From: Phycisphaeraceae bacterium
GTDB lineage: Bacteria > Planctomycetota > Phycisphaerae > Phycisphaerales > Phycisphaeraceae
Direction: 5' to 3'
DNA length: 64,000 nt
Assembly: GCA_963674705.1 (NCBI GenBank)
Contig: OY771506.1
Location: 544,001 to 608,000 of the forward strand
Shown here: positions 59,716 through 64,000 of the stretch, one piece after another
Layout: each line of letters begins with the position of its first letter
How positions within the stretch are numbered: the first letter of the stretch is position 1
Position numbers and translations under genes: made by a program
Notes under the pieces: generated by a model
Told to the model about the DNA's origin: nothing
Database searches by the model: none
Seen by the model: the letters and a program-made list of their open reading frames with translations, nothing else

Positions 59716-59759
59716 TTGAGAGTTTGTTTTACTCTTAACAAATCCATTCGGATCAAACC

Positions 59760-61208
59760 ATGAAACCACTGAAGATCAAAGGCCTGATGCTTGATATGGT
59801 GCGCGTCACCGAATGCTATCAGCATTACATGGATATAGCGGAATCCGCTTCGGCGTGGGGTTACAACACCATCTTCGCACACCTCACCGACGACGACGGC
59901 TGCGCCATGGTCTTTGAGAATCGGCCCGCCCTCGCCACGCCACATGCCCTCACAAGACAGCAGCTCAAGGACTGGATCCAAACAGCAAAGCGCAACGGCC
60001 TGAACATCATCCCCGAGATCGAATGCTTCGGGCACACCAAGTACATCCACTCGCTACCCAAGTACAAACACCTGGCTGTCAAATGTGTCGGCCATCACAA
60101 CGCCATCCACCCGATGCACCCGGACACGCACGCGATCGTCAGTGACATGCTGCGCGAAATCGCGGTCATCTTCGATTCGCCTTACATCCATGCCGGGTTC
60201 GACGAGGTCAACCTCGGCCAAGGCAAGCTCGGTGCCGCGGCCGTCGGCAAAGAACACTGGGAAATCTTCGCCGACTACGTCAACCACGTGCACCACATCA
60301 TCGATTCGCTCGGTAAGAAGATGATGATCTGGGGCGATCACCTGGTCAGCGAGCCGAGGATCGGCAAACGCATCAGCAAAGACATCATCATCTGTGACTG
60401 GCAGTATCACCCCGATGTCAACACGAAAACAACACAGTTGCTGCTGGATATGGGATTCACCGTGCTTTGTTGCCCATCAAGCAGCCGGTCCGGCGACATG
60501 ATCCTGCCCCGCTCCAACACGCAAGGCAACCTGCAACGCTTCTCGCGCATCGCACATTCGATCGGCGACAATGTCATGGGCCTGGTCAACACCGTCTGGT
60601 GCCCCGGCCGGATGCTCTGCGACACCGAACGCTTTGCCTACGCGCTGGGCGGCGCCTGGTTCAACGATCCCGAAGCCGACCCGCAGCCGGTCATGTGCGA
60701 ATACGTCAGCAAACGCTTCGGCGTTGATCCGCCGGACATGCTCGCTGATGCCATCCTCCGGCTCTCGATCCTCATGCCGCACAACAGCCTGCCGCGAAGG
60801 ATCATGCAGACCGAAACTTCCGAGAAAGCGCCGCCTTCCCCGGTGACAGACGCAGAAGTCATGCAGATGCGAGAGATCGCACTGGCGGTCAAGCCGATCC
60901 GCAAAGTATTTGAATCCTTACGCGACCAGGTTAAACGCAATAACGCGGAATACAACAACTTCATCCTGGCTTGCGACCTGATAGACTGGTGGGACAAACT
61001 TGCACACGTGCGACTCGGCCGGAATACAAGTAACACACTTTCGTGTATCAAAGAACACGGCCACCTGCTGCTCAAGCGATGCAAAGATGATTGGCAGCGC
61101 CGACGCTTCCCCGACGACCCGAAACGCGACGCCGACACCTATGCTGAAAAAGACGGCCTGATCACCAACCTGCTCAAGTCGCTCAACGATATGGAAGTTG
61201 CTCAGTAG
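59760..61208 (+). CDS. Divergent GH20-family glycoside hydrolase
   Basis: GLMLDMVR, HLTDDDG, IPEIECFGHT, YIHAGFDEV, IWGD. Confidence 0.82.
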   Translation: MKPLKIKGLMLDMVRVTECYQHYMDIAESASAWGYNTIFAHLTDDDGCAMVFENRPALATPHALTRQQLKDWIQTAKRNGLNIIPEIECFGHTKYIHSLPKYKHLAVKCVGHHNAIHPMHPDTHAIVSDMLREIAVIFDSPYIHAGFDEVNLGQGKLGAAAVGKEHWEIFADYVNHVHHIIDSLGKKMMIWGDHLVSEPRIGKRISKDIIICDWQYHPDVNTKTTQLLLDMGFTVLCCPSSSRSGDMILPRSNTQGNLQRFSRIAHSIGDNVMGLVNTVWCPGRMLCDTERFAYALGGAWFNDPEADPQPVMCEYVSKRFGVDPPDMLADAILRLSILMPHNSLPRRIMQTETSEKAPPSPVTDAEVMQMREIALAVKPIRKVFESLRDQVKRNNAEYNNFILACDLIDWWDKLAHVRLGRNTSNTLSCIKEHGHLLLKRCKDDWQRRRFPDDPKRDADTYAEKDGLITNLLKSLNDMEVAQ

Positions 61209-61248
61209 GTCTCATTCGCCTGATAATGCAGTAGACAAGGAGGCAGAC

Positions 61249-62802
61249 CTGAGCGTTAGCGGAGTCATCAAGACACTACTGGCGGTGCTCGTGATCGGGG
61301 CCGTGGGCTATTGGCTTTTCAGTGATACTGTCCGCTTCTACAGCGGGTCGGGCGAAGACAAGCCGTTGCGTGTCTCCTTCGCGGCAACCAGCGAAGAGTT
61401 TGAAGTCTGGAAACAGATCCTTGATGACTTCCGCGAAAAGTACCCGGACATCCCCGTCAAGGGCGAGTTCATCCCGGCACGTTACGAGCAGAAGGTTCAG
61501 CAGTTGATGGTCGCCGACGACGCGGCGGATGTCATCCTCTACCAGGACGAGCCGTTCTTCCACATGGTCGAGTCCGGCAAGTTTGAAGACCTGATGCCCT
61601 ACATGCTGCGTGACATCGGCGCGACCGACAACGCGCAGGGCCTCGCCGAACTCAAAAGCCAGTACTGGCCGACCGGCCTCGAATCGTTCGGGCGATATGA
61701 GGGTGAAGGCGAAGACAAGCTGTGGCGTCAATACGCCGTGCCTGTCTGGTGCGGATGCAACCTGATCTTCTACAACCGCTCCGCTTTCGAAAAAGCAAAC
61801 CTCCGCGTTGAGAAACACGACGGACCTGAAGCGATCAAAGAACTGCCCGACGGCACATGGCTGCTGGATGATAATCGCTGGACGATCAGCGACTTCGTCC
61901 GCGTCTGCCAGCACCTGACCATCGACGCGGACGGCAACGGCAAACCAGAACAGTTCGGCACGACATTACCGCCTTGGATTTACTGGTTCCCCATCCACTG
62001 GGCGATCGGCGCCGACCTGCTTACGCCGGATAAGACGCACACCGTCGCGTACGGCCCGGCATGCGAGAAGTCTTACCAGCTCTACCACGACCTGCGATGG
62101 AAGTACAACGTCGTACCCACGCCCGCAGACCTCGGCACGATGACCGAACGCACCGGCTTCTTCACCGGTATCGCCGCAATGTTCAGCGACGGCCCATGGG
62201 GCATGCCCTTCTGCAACGCCGTCGCGGAGGAAGGCTTGTCCTACGGCCTGCTTCACATGCCACGCAATGATGAGACCGGCTACCGCGCGACTCGCATCAC
62301 CTGGGACGGCCTGGCGATGTACACCGGCTCGCAAAAGAAAGAAGAAGCCTGGCTGCTCATCCAACACCTCTGTTCCGAATCCTCGCAACGCGCGATCGCA
62401 AAGCTGCAACGCGCCATCCCCGCCAAGCGCCCACCCGATGATGTCTTCGAACGCGCCATCAAGCAGAACAACCCTACGCCGGACGACGAGCAATACGCTT
62501 CGATCTACTTCTGCACGGTTAATCCCGATGTCGACACGCGCAAGTTCATCGAAGCGATATTCGACTACGGCCGACTCCAGCCGATCACCGAACACTGGAA
62601 CGTGATGACACTCACCTGGGCCGAGGCGCTCGACGGGCTACAGCGCATCGATCCGGACCGCCGCTACACCGTCCCGGAAGCGATCGGCCGATTTTATGCA
62701 GACAAGGGCAATGCCAAGCGATTACAGGAAGTCCTGCCGCCGCTCGATCCCGAAGAAGCGGCCCGATACCGACAGATTTACGAAGCAAGTAATAAACCCT
62801 GA
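61249..62802 (+). CDS. Sugar ABC transporter substrate-binding protein (start uncertain: CTG 61249 or TTG 61198)
   Basis: N-terminal hydrophobic anchor; FREKYPDI, YAVP, IFYN, AAMFSDGPW, KKEEAW. Confidence 0.85.
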   Translation: MSVSGVIKTLLAVLVIGAVGYWLFSDTVRFYSGSGEDKPLRVSFAATSEEFEVWKQILDDFREKYPDIPVKGEFIPARYEQKVQQLMVADDAADVILYQDEPFFHMVESGKFEDLMPYMLRDIGATDNAQGLAELKSQYWPTGLESFGRYEGEGEDKLWRQYAVPVWCGCNLIFYNRSAFEKANLRVEKHDGPEAIKELPDGTWLLDDNRWTISDFVRVCQHLTIDADGNGKPEQFGTTLPPWIYWFPIHWAIGADLLTPDKTHTVAYGPACEKSYQLYHDLRWKYNVVPTPADLGTMTERTGFFTGIAAMFSDGPWGMPFCNAVAEEGLSYGLLHMPRNDETGYRATRITWDGLAMYTGSQKKEEAWLLIQHLCSESSQRAIAKLQRAIPAKRPPDDVFERAIKQNNPTPDDEQYASIYFCTVNPDVDTRKFIEAIFDYGRLQPITEHWNVMTLTWAEALDGLQRIDPDRRYTVPEAIGRFYADKGNAKRLQEVLPPLDPEEAARYRQIYEASNKP

Positions 62803-62817
62803 TTCCGAGATACAACC

Positions 62818-63831
62818 ATGCAACCACTACCCGTTGCCGTCGTCGGATGCGGCCTGTTCGGCGATATCCACGCCACTACCTATTCCCACTTCGAACAGAG
62901 CGAACTCGTCCTCGTCTGCGACCTCGATGAAAAACGTGCCAAGGCCGCGGCCGAGAAGTTCAACTGCGGCTACACCACCAACGTCGAAGACGTCGCGGAT
63001 TCAAAACACGTCAAGGCGGTCAGCGTCGTCACCCCCGAGTTCGCCCACCGCGACCCGTGCGTCATGCTCGCCAAGGCCGGCAAACACATCATGGTTGAAA
63101 AACCATTAGCCACCAGCACCGAAGACGCCAAGGCAATCGTCGACGCGGTCAATGAAGCCGACGTCATGGGCGCAATCGACTTCCACAACCGATACCACCC
63201 CTGCTTCCGCGCTTTTCAACGCAGAAAAGCAGAAGGCGAACTCGGCGACGTCCAGATGATTTTCGCACGTTTGAGCGACCGCATCGAAGTTGCCACGCAA
63301 TGGTTCGGCTGGTCAGGTAAGAGCGGCCCGCAGTGGTTCCTCGGCAGCCACCTCGTCGACACCGCGTGCTGGCTGATGAATGCCGAACCCGTGCGCGTCT
63401 ACGCCGATGCGACCAAGGGCGTGCTCGCCAGCAAGGGCATCGACTGCTACGACTGCGTGCAGATCCACCTTTCATTCCCCAACAGCATGGCTGTGCTCGA
63501 AACGTCATGGATCCTGCCCGACTCCTGGCCGAGTGTCGCCGACTTCTCGGTAAGCATCCAGACATCCAACAGCCGCGTCGATGTGCAGGGTTCCGACCAC
63601 GGCATGGTCCTCGCACGCCCGCACAGCTACCGCTGGCCCTTCCTGCACGGCCTGACAGCGATCGATGAAGACGACTGGGGCTACTTCAACCTGCCCATCA
63701 AGGACTTCGTCCGCGCCATCAACCGCGGCCAACCCGCGCCCGTCTCCGTTGAGGTCGGCCTGAAGAACGTGCAGATCATCGAAGCGGCGCTAAAATCCAT
63801 CGAGCAGAAAAAAGTCATCGAGCTTGCGTGA
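62818..63831 (+). CDS. Gfo/Idh/MocA oxidoreductase
   Basis: VVGCGLFG, TPEFAH, VEKPL, HNRY, GSHLVD. Confidence 0.9.
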   Translation: MQPLPVAVVGCGLFGDIHATTYSHFEQSELVLVCDLDEKRAKAAAEKFNCGYTTNVEDVADSKHVKAVSVVTPEFAHRDPCVMLAKAGKHIMVEKPLATSTEDAKAIVDAVNEADVMGAIDFHNRYHPCFRAFQRRKAEGELGDVQMIFARLSDRIEVATQWFGWSGKSGPQWFLGSHLVDTACWLMNAEPVRVYADATKGVLASKGIDCYDCVQIHLSFPNSMAVLETSWILPDSWPSVADFSVSIQTSNSRVDVQGSDHGMVLARPHSYRWPFLHGLTAIDEDDWGYFNLPIKDFVRAINRGQPAPVSVEVGLKNVQIIEAALKSIEQKKVIELA

Positions 63832-63832
63832 C

Positions 63833-64000
63833 TTACCAGTTCTGCCCCGGTAACGAAAATCCATCAATAAAAGGCTGATTGAAGAACTTGCGGTACCGCC
63901 GCGGCTCTGAGATCTCGTCGATCTTCTGCACGACTTCGTCCGGCAAAGATCGATCCGCGATCTCATACACTTGGCTGAAGTGCTCCGGCCGACTGCCGCC
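63833..64000 (-). CDS. C-terminus of probable aldo/keto reductase (partial)
   Basis: Manual translation GGSRPEHFSQVYEIADRSLPDEVVQKIDEIS...NW*. Confidence 0.6.
   Translation of the reverse strand, partial: GGSRPEHFSQVYEIADRSLPDEVVQKIDEISEPRRYRKFFNQPFIDGFSLPGQNW

Overview
Bacterial window, probably Planctomycetota (Phycisphaerae-like), judged from PEP-CTERM proteins with dockerin-like GDxNxDGFVGLDDLD repeats and DUF1559 prepilin-like proteins. It has two blocks. (1) From <1 to about 31.1 kb lies a probable integrative element ending at a 3' fragment of tRNA-Gly(TCC), the likely att site. Its satellite-like core is a tyrosine integrase that runs off the window and is absent from the ORF track, a candidate iteron origin, a Prim-Pol/DUF3987 replicase and an AlpA-type protein. 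Gene relics follow, then a roughly 21 kb uronate-polysaccharide utilisation cargo: kduD, kduI, GH105-DUF4861, a BNR-type PEP-CTERM protein, a pilin-like protein, two PEP-CTERM paralogs, an XylR-type activator with three visible operators, an SDR, uxuA, GH115 and a TRAP transporter. A Fic gene closes the element. (2) From about 32.2 to 64 kb lies an N-acetyl-amino-sugar locus: ROK repressor with candidate operators, NagA-like deacetylase, a class III aminotransferase/oxidoreductase/glutamate dehydrogenase/ABC operon, two GH20-type enzymes, GH43, esterases, a symporter, duplicated pilin-like genes and three homologs of an uncharacterised HxDxEP family. It also holds three PEP-CTERM proteins sharing an unusual RLxxY(S/T)AAAxLGAF leader next to an AlkP-superfamily/TPR enzyme. 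All family assignments are from visual motif recognition; no searches were run.
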